A stretch of 57,718 nt of DNA from a virus (taxonomy: Duplodnaviria > Caudoviricetes), in the IMG/VR virus record IMGVR_UViG_3300025769_000008, positions 1 to 57,718 of that record; one strand, written 5' to 3'. Below, piece after piece: positions 23,701 through 32,424 of this stretch; position 1 is the stretch's first letter; each line of letters opens with the position of its first letter. A program made the translations under genes and the position numbers. The notes under the pieces are model-generated. The model saw nothing but the letters and a program-made list of their open reading frames with translations. It was not told where the DNA came from and did no database searches.

Positions 23701-24102
23701 ATGAGTAAAGCAGAAGTAAAAATACCAGAACCCGAAAGTGTAAAAACTCCTGAAATAGACAAAGACGCTAAGTCTCAATTACCAGAACCTACAGGTTGGA
23801 GAATATTAGTAGCTATGCCTAGAGCAGAAGAAAAAACTGATGGAGGTATTGTTAAAGCTACCCAAACTATCAAAGACGAAGAAGTAAGTAATATTTGCGG
23901 ATACGTTATGAAGTTAGGACCTGAGTGTTACAACGACACCAAAAGATTTCCGAGTGGACCTTGGTGTAAAGTTGGCGATTGGGTAGTGTTTCGTGGTTAC
24001 TCAGGCACTCGCATGAAAATGTATGGACAAGAGTTTCGCTTAATTAATGACGATACTGTGGAAGCAGTAGTTGATGATCCAACAGGAGTAGTTAGAGCAT
24101 GA
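23701..24102 (+). CDS. groES: GroES/Cpn10-like co-chaperonin
   Basis: PTGWRILV, KTDGGI, KVGDWVVF..YSG and FRLINDD motifs. Confidence 0.8.
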   Translation: MSKAEVKIPEPESVKTPEIDKDAKSQLPEPTGWRILVAMPRAEEKTDGGIVKATQTIKDEEVSNICGYVMKLGPECYNDTKRFPSGPWCKVGDWVVFRGYSGTRMKMYGQEFRLINDDTVEAVVDDPTGVVRA

Positions 24103-25124
24103 GTGAAACAGAAATCATAAATGAAGAACCAGTAATAGAGGAAAGTGTTAAACAGTCTGAAGAAGATAAATTCTTTGGTAAACAAACACAAATTGATAAC
24201 ACTATACCTGAAGGATTAGAAGTAGAAGTTATTGACGATACTCCACAAGAGGATCGTAGACCAGCAAAAGAAGAGACTACATCTGAAGTACCTGATGTTG
24301 ATGATGAAACTTTAGATAAAGAAATATCTGATTATAGCGAAAGAGCTGGTAAAAGAATTGCTCAAATTAAATATGAGTATCATGAAGAACGTAGAGCTAA
24401 AGAAGCTGCTACAAGAGAATCACAAGAAGCTGTAAAACGCTTACAAACTTTGATGTCAGAAAACCAAAGGCTACAAGCTATGGTAGATCAAGGTGGACAA
24501 GTTTTAAATAAACAGGCACATAACAATGCTTTGTGGGCTAAACAAAATGCACAAGAAGCATTTAAAAAAGCTTACGAAGAAGGTAATGCTGAAGAAATGA
24601 CAAAAGCACAAGAGTTATTGTCAAAAGCTACATTAGCTGAACAACAATCAACTAATATGGCACAAAACCTTCAACAACAAATAGCTCAAAATTTACCACA
24701 GCCTGAAATACAAGCTGCTCAACCTGATCCAGATATGCAAGCATGGGCACAAAAAAATCCTTGGTTTATGGGTAGTGAACCTGTACACAAAGAGATGACA
24801 TCTTATGCAATGTATGTAGATCAAAGCTTACAAGCTAAAGGGATTGACCCTGCTTCTAAGTCACAAGAATATTATGATGAAGTTGATAAAGCTATGCGTA
24901 ATCAATTTCCAACCTTTTTCGGTGCATCTTTACAAGAAGAGGTAAAAGTACCTCAAGAAGAAGCACCAAAACGACAACCTTCAACAGTTGTTGCATCCGC
25001 AACGAGGGATAGCGGTAACAAAAAACCTTCGCAAATACGATTGACTCAGACACAAGTTAAGCTAGCTCGCCAACTTGGAATTAGTCCAGAGCAATACGCA
25101 AATCAATTATTAAAGGAGGCTTAA
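24099..25124 (+). CDS. Capsid scaffolding protein
   Basis: Acidic N-terminus, coiled coil, W...NPWF and C-terminal ARQLGISPEQYA; upstream of the capsid genes. Confidence 0.7.
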   Translation: MSETEIINEEPVIEESVKQSEEDKFFGKQTQIDNTIPEGLEVEVIDDTPQEDRRPAKEETTSEVPDVDDETLDKEISDYSERAGKRIAQIKYEYHEERRAKEAATRESQEAVKRLQTLMSENQRLQAMVDQGGQVLNKQAHNNALWAKQNAQEAFKKAYEEGNAEEMTKAQELLSKATLAEQQSTNMAQNLQQQIAQNLPQPEIQAAQPDPDMQAWAQKNPWFMGSEPVHKEMTSYAMYVDQSLQAKGIDPASKSQEYYDEVDKAMRNQFPTFFGASLQEEVKVPQEEAPKRQPSTVVASATRDSGNKKPSQIRLTQTQVKLARQLGISPEQYANQLLKEA

Positions 25125-25646
25125 ATGTCAGAAGAAAATAATAACACTAATGAAGTGGAGGCAGTTTCTACTGATACTCCTGTAAACCAAGAGCGTACCC
25201 CGAGGGGAACAGATAGCCGAGAGGCTACCCAACACACACAAAGTTGGGAAAATGTGTCAAACCTTCCTACACCCAATCCACAAGAAGGCTGGGTATTTAG
25301 GTATATCAGAACATCCCTTTTAGGACAGTCTGATAATCCTAATGTATCAAGACGCTTTCGTGAGGGATGGATACCATGTGAATTGCAAGATCATCCTGAG
25401 TTGCAAATTCATATGATGGATCATGGCTCAGAGTGGGCAAAAAAAGGTAATGTAGAAATAGGTGGACAATTATTGTGCAAAATGCCAGCAGAAAAAGCGA
25501 AAGCCAGAGATGAACACTTTGCTAACTTAGCTAAGTCTCAACTTGAATCTGTTGACAATGTGTACTTTAAAGATCAGGACAATAGAATGGCGACCAAACA
25601 AGTGTTTGAGCGTAATTCTAAAACAACTTTTGGTAAAGATTCTTAG
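25125..25646 (+). CDS. Head-module hypothetical protein
   Basis: ORF with GGAGG RBS between the scaffold and capsid genes. Confidence 0.75.
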   Translation: MSEENNNTNEVEAVSTDTPVNQERTPRGTDSREATQHTQSWENVSNLPTPNPQEGWVFRYIRTSLLGQSDNPNVSRRFREGWIPCELQDHPELQIHMMDHGSEWAKKGNVEIGGQLLCKMPAEKAKARDEHFANLAKSQLESVDNVYFKDQDNRMATKQVFERNSKTTFGKDS

Positions 25647-25683
25647 GAGTCTTTAATAATTAATTTAATATAAGGAGACAATT

Positions 25684-26271
25684 ATGTCATCTAGTGCAAC
25701 TCCTCACGGAGCTAGACCTGTTGGAACAATTGTTGGAAGCCCTTATCAAGGAAAAGTTACACATTACAAAATTAAAAATGCGTATGGAACTTCTATATTC
25801 TATGGTGATTTTGTAAAGTGGGGTGACGATAACCCTAATACTACTATCCAAAAGGATACTGGTACTACAGCTTGTACACCTATAGGTGTTTTCCTTGGTT
25901 GTGCTTACACAGACCCAACTACAGGTCAATTCACACCTAATCAATATTTCCCAGCTTCAACTGCTGCGGATGATATTGTTGCGTATGTTGCTACAGACCC
26001 ATTCATACTTATGCAAATGCAATGTGATGGTGCAGCTGACCAAGACGACCTTGGTAAGAACTGTGCTGTTGTGCAAACTGCTGGAAGTACAGCAATTGGT
26101 ACTAGCAAAAATTCGGTTGATATATCTACTGTAGCAACCACTAACACACTACCATTAAAGATCGTTGACTTTGTTGATGGTCCAGATAGTGCAGTTGGTG
26201 ATTCTTACACAGATGTATTAGTAATGTTTAACGTAGGGCATCAATTGCTCAACACAACAGGTATTGGTTAA
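25684..26271 (+). CDS. Putative capsid decoration/cement protein
   Basis: Thr/Gly-rich, predicted beta-rich, directly upstream of the major capsid gene. Confidence 0.6.
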   Translation: MSSSATPHGARPVGTIVGSPYQGKVTHYKIKNAYGTSIFYGDFVKWGDDNPNTTIQKDTGTTACTPIGVFLGCAYTDPTTGQFTPNQYFPASTAADDIVAYVATDPFILMQMQCDGAADQDDLGKNCAVVQTAGSTAIGTSKNSVDISTVATTNTLPLKIVDFVDGPDSAVGDSYTDVLVMFNVGHQLLNTTGIG

Positions 26272-26282
26272 GGAGTACAATT

Positions 26283-27197
26283 ATGGCAGCTATATCAAGA
26301 GCTAATGAGCTCAAGCAGCTTCTTCCAGGACTTAATGCCCTGTTTGGAGAGGAATACAATAACTACGAGAATGAGCATGAAGAAATTTATGTAACTGAGA
26401 ATTCTGAAAGATCGTTTGAGGAAGAACTCAAGTTATCAGGTTTCGGAGCTGCTCCAGTAAAAGATGAAGGTTCAGCTATCAATTATGATACTGCACAAGA
26501 GTCTTTTGTAGCTCGTTACACACACGAAACAATAGCTATGGGCTATTCAATCACAGAAGAAGCAATGGAGGATAACCTCTATGTTTCTCTCTCTGGTAGA
26601 TATACTAAAGCTTTGGCTCGTGCAATGGCTTACACAAAACAAGTGAAAGCAGCGTATCCATTAAATAATGGATTCTCTACTACTTTCTCTTCAGGTGATG
26701 GTGTTGCTTTATTTAGCACAGCTCACCCACTTGTAAGTGGCGGAACTAACAGCAACAGACCTTCTTCAGGTGCTGACTTAAATGAAACATCTCTTGAAGA
26801 TGCTATCATTCAAATCGGTAAATATACTGATGAAAGAGGTCTTAAAATTGCAGCTAGACCAAGAAAACTAATAGTACCATCTGATCTTCAGTTTGTTGCT
26901 ACTAGACTATTGCAAAGTGACTTCAGAGTCGGAACTTCTGATAATGATATCAATGCAATCAAAACTAATGGAGTGATTCCAGAAGGTTATGCAGTTAACC
27001 ACTATTTAACTGATACTAATGCTTTCTTCATCACTACTGATGTTCCTGATGGCATGAAACATTTCGTCAGAAGTCCTATGACTACATCTATGGATGGTGA
27101 CTTTGACACTGGTAATGTTAGATACAAAGCTAGAGAAAGATATTCCTTTGGAGTATCTGATCCACTAGGTATCTTTGGATCACCAGGTAGTTCGTAA
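26283..27197 (+). CDS. Major capsid protein (Mu gpT-like family)
   Basis: LLPGLNALFG, YSITEEAMEDNLY, DGVALFSTAHP and RYKARERYSFG; strong RBS; followed by a terminator. Confidence 0.88.
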   Translation: MAAISRANELKQLLPGLNALFGEEYNNYENEHEEIYVTENSERSFEEELKLSGFGAAPVKDEGSAINYDTAQESFVARYTHETIAMGYSITEEAMEDNLYVSLSGRYTKALARAMAYTKQVKAAYPLNNGFSTTFSSGDGVALFSTAHPLVSGGTNSNRPSSGADLNETSLEDAIIQIGKYTDERGLKIAARPRKLIVPSDLQFVATRLLQSDFRVGTSDNDINAIKTNGVIPEGYAVNHYLTDTNAFFITTDVPDGMKHFVRSPMTTSMDGDFDTGNVRYKARERYSFGVSDPLGIFGSPGSS

Positions 27198-27204
27198 GAA
27201 CTTT

Positions 27205-27234
27205 AAGGGAGGCTCGCAAGGGTCTCCCTTTTTT
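27205..27234 (+). terminator. Rho-independent terminator after the capsid gene
   Basis: AAGGGAGGCTC-GCAA-GGGTCTCCCTT followed by a T-run. Confidence 0.85.
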
Positions 27235-27237
27235 CCT

Positions 27238-27291
27238 TCTAGGGTAATTTTTTTCTATCGACTGACCTAGCAGACAAGCCAAGACGATAGA
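27238..27291 (+). ncRNA. Candidate Mu-gpT-DE-like RNA element
   Basis: TCTATCG...CGATAGA stem enclosing ACTGACCTAGCAGAC; upstream CTAGG can pair with CCTAG; lies downstream of a gpT-like capsid gene. Confidence 0.4.
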
Positions 27292-27309
27292 TTTTAAGGA
27301 GACTTAATT

Positions 27310-27834
27310 ATGGCAAACTCAACTTTTTCAGGACCAGTCAGGTCTGAGAACGGCTTTAAGGTCGTTTCTAAAAATACAAGCACAGGAGCAATATCTACAT
27401 CCTTTACCCTTGATGGTTCAGGAATGCAAGTAGCACCTGTAGCTTTAGCTGATACTACAGCTATTTCATTAACAGCAGCAACGCATGGTGGCAGAGTATC
27501 AGTTGTACCTGCACTAACAGCTAACTGCACATTAACTTTACCCTCACCTTCAGAAGGAGTTTACTTTAAACTTATTTATGGTGGTGCAGCAGAAGAAACT
27601 GAAAACTTAATTATTAGCACAGGTTCTAATACTAACTTTTACATTGGTGGTATTATTCATTTAGATTCAAATGCAGATAATGTTTCTGTTTATTCTGATG
27701 GTAACTCAAATTCCATTTTGACTTTAACTGATTTTGGTTTATTTGAAGTAAACATTTTGGCTAAAGACTCTACCAATTGGTATATTTGGGGCAATCAAGA
27801 AGGTGCAGATGCACCAGCATTCTCTGACGCATAG
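27310..27834 (+). CDS. Putative virion structural protein
   Basis: MANSTFSGPVRS N-terminus; Ser/Thr-rich. Confidence 0.7.
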   Translation: MANSTFSGPVRSENGFKVVSKNTSTGAISTSFTLDGSGMQVAPVALADTTAISLTAATHGGRVSVVPALTANCTLTLPSPSEGVYFKLIYGGAAEETENLIISTGSNTNFYIGGIIHLDSNADNVSVYSDGNSNSILTLTDFGLFEVNILAKDSTNWYIWGNQEGADAPAFSDA

Positions 27835-27843
27835 GAGTAAATT

Positions 27844-28251
27844 ATGGCAGATGCAGTAACTTCACAAACCATCATTGATGGTGAAAGAAACTGTATTATG
27901 AAGTTTACCAATGTCAGCGATGGTACTGGCGAATCCGCAGTTGCTAAAGTAGATGTTTCTGCTTTAAATTCTAATGCAGCAGGTGTAGCTTGCTCAGAAG
28001 TTAGAGTTATGCGAGTTAGCCATGCTATCGTTGGTATGTCTGTCCAAATGTTTTTTAATGCTACTTCTAATGTTTTACTTATGGAACTTGCAGAAAGTAG
28101 TAATGGACATATGGATTTTCAAGACTTTGGTGGTATTCCTAATAATGCAGGAAGTGGTAAAAATGGTGACATTTTATTTACCACAAAAGGTCACAGTTCA
28201 GGAGACACTTATTCTATCGTTTTAGAGATGGTAAAAGTGTATTCTGATTAA
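27844..28251 (+). CDS. Putative virion structural protein
   Basis: ORF with AGGAG RBS in the structural operon. Confidence 0.7.
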   Translation: MADAVTSQTIIDGERNCIMKFTNVSDGTGESAVAKVDVSALNSNAAGVACSEVRVMRVSHAIVGMSVQMFFNATSNVLLMELAESSNGHMDFQDFGGIPNNAGSGKNGDILFTTKGHSSGDTYSIVLEMVKVYSD

Positions 28252-28263
28252 TAGGAATTTATT

Positions 28264-28581
28264 ATGGCTAAAACTAAAAATTATGTAATTTCAGAAACTG
28301 GTGAGTTTCCTGCTCAGTACAAAGTTTTACATCTTGATGAAGATGGTATCTACAGACCTGTATTTGGTCCTGATCCTGATCTAGAAGATGCAGAGCGTAA
28401 GTGTGCTGAGATGAACGGAGAGAGAGCTAGGAATGATAAAGGGCAATTAGTTGCTGACGATCCTTCTACTCCTGATGTTAATGAAGCTTATGTTGGTGGT
28501 AAAGCACCAAAGAAAAAGGCTACTAAAAAAGCACCAGCAAAGAAAGCTACAGCTAAAAAGAAAACTACTAAGAAAAAGTAG
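28264..28581 (+). CDS. Protein with Lys/Ala-rich histone-like tail
   Basis: ADDPSTPDVNEAY motif and C-terminal KKKATKKAPAKKATAKKK. Confidence 0.7.
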   Translation: MAKTKNYVISETGEFPAQYKVLHLDEDGIYRPVFGPDPDLEDAERKCAEMNGERARNDKGQLVADDPSTPDVNEAYVGGKAPKKKATKKAPAKKATAKKKTTKKK

Positions 28582-28651
28582 TATTATTTATATTTATAAT
28601 ACTCTGGTAAAACGGAGTATTATATTTATCTAATTTATACAAGGAGACAAA

Positions 28652-28885
28652 ATGGCAGGTAAAAAAACTAAATACATGGCTGGTGGTGGAAAAAACACTA
28701 AGTACATGGCTGGCGGTGGAAAAAATTCAAAATACATGGCTGCTGGCGGTATGAAAACTGAAGTTGGTAAAGAAGCTAAAGTTGAACAATACAGAGATTA
28801 TGTTAAAAGAATGTTTGGTGGTGGAGATACAAAAATGACTACTAAAGGTTCTTCTGCTGGTGGTCGTAGAGATAAAAGATCATAA
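28652..28885 (+). CDS. Small basic protein with KYMAGGG repeats
   Basis: Three tandem 27-nt repeats encoding (T/S)KYMA(G/A)GG; AGGAG RBS. Confidence 0.75.
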   Translation: MAGKKTKYMAGGGKNTKYMAGGGKNSKYMAAGGMKTEVGKEAKVEQYRDYVKRMFGGGDTKMTTKGSSAGGRRDKRS

Positions 28886-28896
28886 ACCAGTAAATA

Positions 28897-29190
28897 ATGT
28901 CTAGAGCAACAAAAGATTCCAGATTAAAAAGAGCTGGAGTTTCTGGATACAATAAACCTAAAAGAACACCTAATCATCCTAAAAAGTCACATATAGTTGT
29001 GGCAAAAGAGGGTGATAAGGTTAAAACTATACGTTTTGGAGAACAAGGTGCAAGCACAGCAGGTAAACCTAAGAAAGGTGAATCTGCTCGCATGAAAGCC
29101 AAACGTAAATCTTTTAAAGCTAGGCACAGAAAAAATATTAATAAAGGTAAGATGTCAGCAGCTTATTGGGCAAATAAAGTAAAATGGTAA
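28897..29190 (+). CDS. Small basic phage protein
   Basis: YNKPKRTPNHPKKSH...RFG...SFKARH...SAAYWA motif. Confidence 0.75.
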   Translation: MSRATKDSRLKRAGVSGYNKPKRTPNHPKKSHIVVAKEGDKVKTIRFGEQGASTAGKPKKGESARMKAKRKSFKARHRKNINKGKMSAAYWANKVKW

Positions 29191-29299
29191 TTAGCAGAAG
29201 TAATATGAAAAACCAAATTCTTAAAGCTCCGTCTTCTAAGAAAAAGGTATCAAAAACAAAATCTGGTATAACTATAACTAGAATTAAAAAGGATAAATA

Positions 29300-29995
29300 A
29301 TGGCAACGAGTGGTACTCATACATTTACTTTAGACATAAGCGATATTATGGAAGAAGCTTATGATATAGCGGGAGTTGAATTACGCTCTGGCTATAGCTA
29401 TATGAGTGCTAAACGTGCTTTAAATTTAGTTTTTCTAGAATGGCAAAACAAAGGATTAAATCTTTGGACTGTTGAACAAGGCACAGTTAGTTTAACTTCT
29501 GGTACAAATACATATAGCTTAGATAGTTCAGCTATTGAAGTTATTGATGCTTTTATTAGAACTGATGCTGGCAATGTAGATAAACAGTTTGATCAAAGGT
29601 TAAATAGAATATCTAGAACTGAATACAATCATCAAGCTAATAAATTAAATAAAGCTAAACCAACACAGTTTTTTGTAGATAAAAATACAGGAACTTTACA
29701 AATTGTTTTGTGGTCAACACCAGATGACGCAGACACATATACTTTGGTTTATGACTATATACAAAAAATAGAAGATGTAGGAACAGTAGCTACAAATAAT
29801 GCTGATGTTCCGTCAAGATATTTACCATGCTTGTCATATGCTTTGGCATACTCTTTAGCTAGTAAAAATCCTGAATCTGCACAAAGAATACCTTTTATAA
29901 AACAAAGATATGATGAACTTTGGAATGAAGTTAGTGATGCAGATAGAGAAAGAGCACCTGTAAAATTTGTTCCTGATTTAGCTACATATAGATAA
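29300..29995 (+). CDS. Head-tail connector/adaptor-like protein
   Basis: EWQNKGLNLWT and RISRTEY...PTQF motifs; position after the head genes. Confidence 0.65.
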   Translation: MATSGTHTFTLDISDIMEEAYDIAGVELRSGYSYMSAKRALNLVFLEWQNKGLNLWTVEQGTVSLTSGTNTYSLDSSAIEVIDAFIRTDAGNVDKQFDQRLNRISRTEYNHQANKLNKAKPTQFFVDKNTGTLQIVLWSTPDDADTYTLVYDYIQKIEDVGTVATNNADVPSRYLPCLSYALAYSLASKNPESAQRIPFIKQRYDELWNEVSDADRERAPVKFVPDLATYR

Positions 29996-30336
29996 TGGCA
30001 TACGCAAGAGGTAAAAAAGCATTAGGTCAATGTGACAGATGTGGCTTTACATATAAGTTAAATGAACTCCAATATGAAATATTTGATAGCAAACGAAATG
30101 GGTTGCGGGTTTGTTATGAATGTTTAGATGAAGATCAACCACAATTAAAACTTGGAGAACTAAATATAGTTGATCCACAAAATTTATATAATCCTAGAGT
30201 AGACACAGGGGAAAAAGAATCAACCACTTATTATGCTTTTGATCCTGTAGGAGGAGGTGTAACTGAGTTTGGTTCAAGTACAATGGGTTTGGATATCACA
30301 GCAGAGTTAGGTAAAGTTAAGGTAGTAATAACATGA
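29995..30336 (+). CDS. Zinc-finger protein
   Basis: CDRCGF...GLRVCYECLD...PQ motif. Confidence 0.7.
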   Translation: MAYARGKKALGQCDRCGFTYKLNELQYEIFDSKRNGLRVCYECLDEDQPQLKLGELNIVDPQNLYNPRVDTGEKESTTYYAFDPVGGGVTEFGSSTMGLDITAELGKVKVVIT

Positions 30337-30977
30337 GTTGGACATTTACAACATTAAAAACAGCTATACAAGATTATACTCAAAATACTGAGTCTACTTT
30401 TGTTACAAATTTACCTACATTAATAGTACAAGCAGAAAACAGAATAGTTAAATCTGTTGAACTACCTAACTTTAGAAAAAATGTAACTGGTACATTAACT
30501 TCTAGTAGTCCTTATTTATCGACACCAATAGATTATTTATATCCTTTTTCTTTGGCTGTTTTAGATAATAGTAGTAATTATGAATATTTATTAAATAAAG
30601 ATGTAAGTTTTATAAGACAATCTTTTCCATCTGCAAGCACTACAGGAACTCCTAAGTTTTATGCACAGTTTGATGATGATACTTTTATCATAGCACCAAC
30701 ACCTGATTCTAATTACACAGTTGAGTTGCACTATTTTTATATACCTACATCCATAACCACTTCATCAGATGGAACATCATGGTTAGGTACAAATGCCACA
30801 GAAGCTTTGCTTTATGCTAGTTTAGTAGAAGCTTATACTTTTATGAAAGGCGAACCTGATATTTTATCTAACTATGAAAAAAGATTTCAAGAAGCATTAC
30901 AAAGACTAACACTTGAATCAGATGGTTATAATCGTAAAGATGCTTTTAGAGATGGACAAAGGAAAGTAAATGTTTAG
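30333..30977 (+). CDS. Tail adaptor / tubular protein A-like
   Basis: GTPKFYA...IAPTPD...LHY...LLYASLVEA pattern of podoviral adaptors. Confidence 0.65.
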   Translation: MSWTFTTLKTAIQDYTQNTESTFVTNLPTLIVQAENRIVKSVELPNFRKNVTGTLTSSSPYLSTPIDYLYPFSLAVLDNSSNYEYLLNKDVSFIRQSFPSASTTGTPKFYAQFDDDTFIIAPTPDSNYTVELHYFYIPTSITTSSDGTSWLGTNATEALLYASLVEAYTFMKGEPDILSNYEKRFQEALQRLTLESDGYNRKDAFRDGQRKVNV

Positions 30978-31260
30978 TGTTGATATTGAATCAACTATTG
31001 GGCAGGTTGCTGTACAAACTACACAAAACAAAGGCTTGAGTCCTGAGTATTGGACTGAAAGAATTTTAGAAAGATTAGTGTCAGTAAGCGATAATGCTGA
31101 TCCTATGGTAAAAGCACAAGCAGATGCTTTTAAAGATCAAATAGAAAAAGTTATATTAATTTACATGAAACAAGCTATTTTAAGTGACAGATCAACTGTA
31201 GCAGGTATGCTAGAGAAACAAGGTCATAAAGAAATGGCAGATATTATAAGGAGACTATAA
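30970..31260 (+). CDS. Hypothetical protein
   Basis: Coupled ORF. Confidence 0.7.
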   Translation: MFSVDIESTIGQVAVQTTQNKGLSPEYWTERILERLVSVSDNADPMVKAQADAFKDQIEKVILIYMKQAILSDRSTVAGMLEKQGHKEMADIIRRL

Positions 31261-31691
31261 TGGCTATATCACAAGCAATGTGTACTTCTTTCAAGAAAGA
31301 GCTCTTGGAAGGTGTTCATAATTTTAAAAACTCAGGCGGAAGCACATTTAATTTAGCACTATATACAAGTAGTGCTAGTTTAGGTGCTGGTACAACTGCT
31401 TACACTACTTCTAACGAAGCTAGTGGAACTAACTACACAGCTAAAGGTGCTTCTTTAACAAGAGTAGACCCTACTACTTCTGGAACTACAGCATTTACTG
31501 ACTTTTCAGATTTAACTTTTAGCTCTGCTACTATTACTGCTAATGGTGCATTAATATTTAATGACTCAGCTTCTGGCGATCCAGCAGTATGTGTACTAGC
31601 ATTTGGAGGAGATAAAACTTCTACAAATGGTGATTTTACAATTCAATTTCCAACAGCAGACGCATCAAACGCAATTATTAGAATAGCTTAG
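31260..31691 (+). CDS. Putative virion structural protein
   Basis: CTSFKKELL...LALYT...GALIFN...FGGDKTSTNGDFTIQFP pattern typical of tail-region genes. Confidence 0.7.
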   Translation: MAISQAMCTSFKKELLEGVHNFKNSGGSTFNLALYTSSASLGAGTTAYTTSNEASGTNYTAKGASLTRVDPTTSGTTAFTDFSDLTFSSATITANGALIFNDSASGDPAVCVLAFGGDKTSTNGDFTIQFPTADASNAIIRIA

Positions 31692-31697
31692 TTTTAA

Positions 31698-32396
31698 ATG
31701 GCTAATATTACAGGCTGGGGTCGAGGTACTTGGGGCGAAGCCACTTGGGGTGAAGCTGCTCCAATTTTAGTTACAGGAGTAGCTGGAACAACAGCATTAG
31801 GCTCTGAGACTGTAATAGCAAAAGCATTAGTAGCTGTATCAGGTAATGCTGGTGTATCTGCATTAGGCAACACAGTTGTTGAAGGAGATGCAGTTCAAGG
31901 AGTATCTGCGGTAACATCAACATCTGGACTTGGTGATGAAAGTGTTGTTTGTACTGCAAACATAGCTGTAACAGGAAATGCTGGAACTACGGCATTAGGT
32001 TCAGAAACTGTTATAGCAGAAGCAAATACATCTGTAACAGGAAACGCAGCTACGACAGAAGAAGGCACAGTAATTGTACAAGCTATAGCAGTAGTAGGTG
32101 TAAGTGCAGTTGCTTCAACATTAGAACTAGGTGATGAAGTTGTTATATGTGAAAATAATTTAGATGTTACAGGACTATCAGGTACTGGTGGAATAGGTGA
32201 TGTTACCAGTATAAGCAAAGCTGTTGTGGCTGTAACAAATGTAACAGGAACTGGTTTTGTGAATGGAGTAAATGTTTGGGGTCTAGTTGATGATAGTCAA
32301 ACAGCAAACTATTCAGAAGTATCTACAACACAAACACCTAATTATAGTGAAGTTTCAACAACGCAAACTCCTGATTGGGAAGAAATTGCAGCTTAA
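31698..32396 (+). CDS. Putative tail-associated protein with Val/Gly/Thr repeats
   Basis: GWGRGTWG N-terminus and repeated VTG.AGTTALG units. Confidence 0.7.
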   Translation: MANITGWGRGTWGEATWGEAAPILVTGVAGTTALGSETVIAKALVAVSGNAGVSALGNTVVEGDAVQGVSAVTSTSGLGDESVVCTANIAVTGNAGTTALGSETVIAEANTSVTGNAATTEEGTVIVQAIAVVGVSAVASTLELGDEVVICENNLDVTGLSGTGGIGDVTSISKAVVAVTNVTGTGFVNGVNVWGLVDDSQTANYSEVSTTQTPNYSEVSTTQTPDWEEIAA

Positions 32397-32424
32397 TTAT
32401 TATATAATTTTTAGAGGAAAATAA

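Noticed and set aside
28781-28808. dif-like XerD arm TTATGTTAAA
   Set aside because: Inside a coding sequence, with a poor XerC arm.
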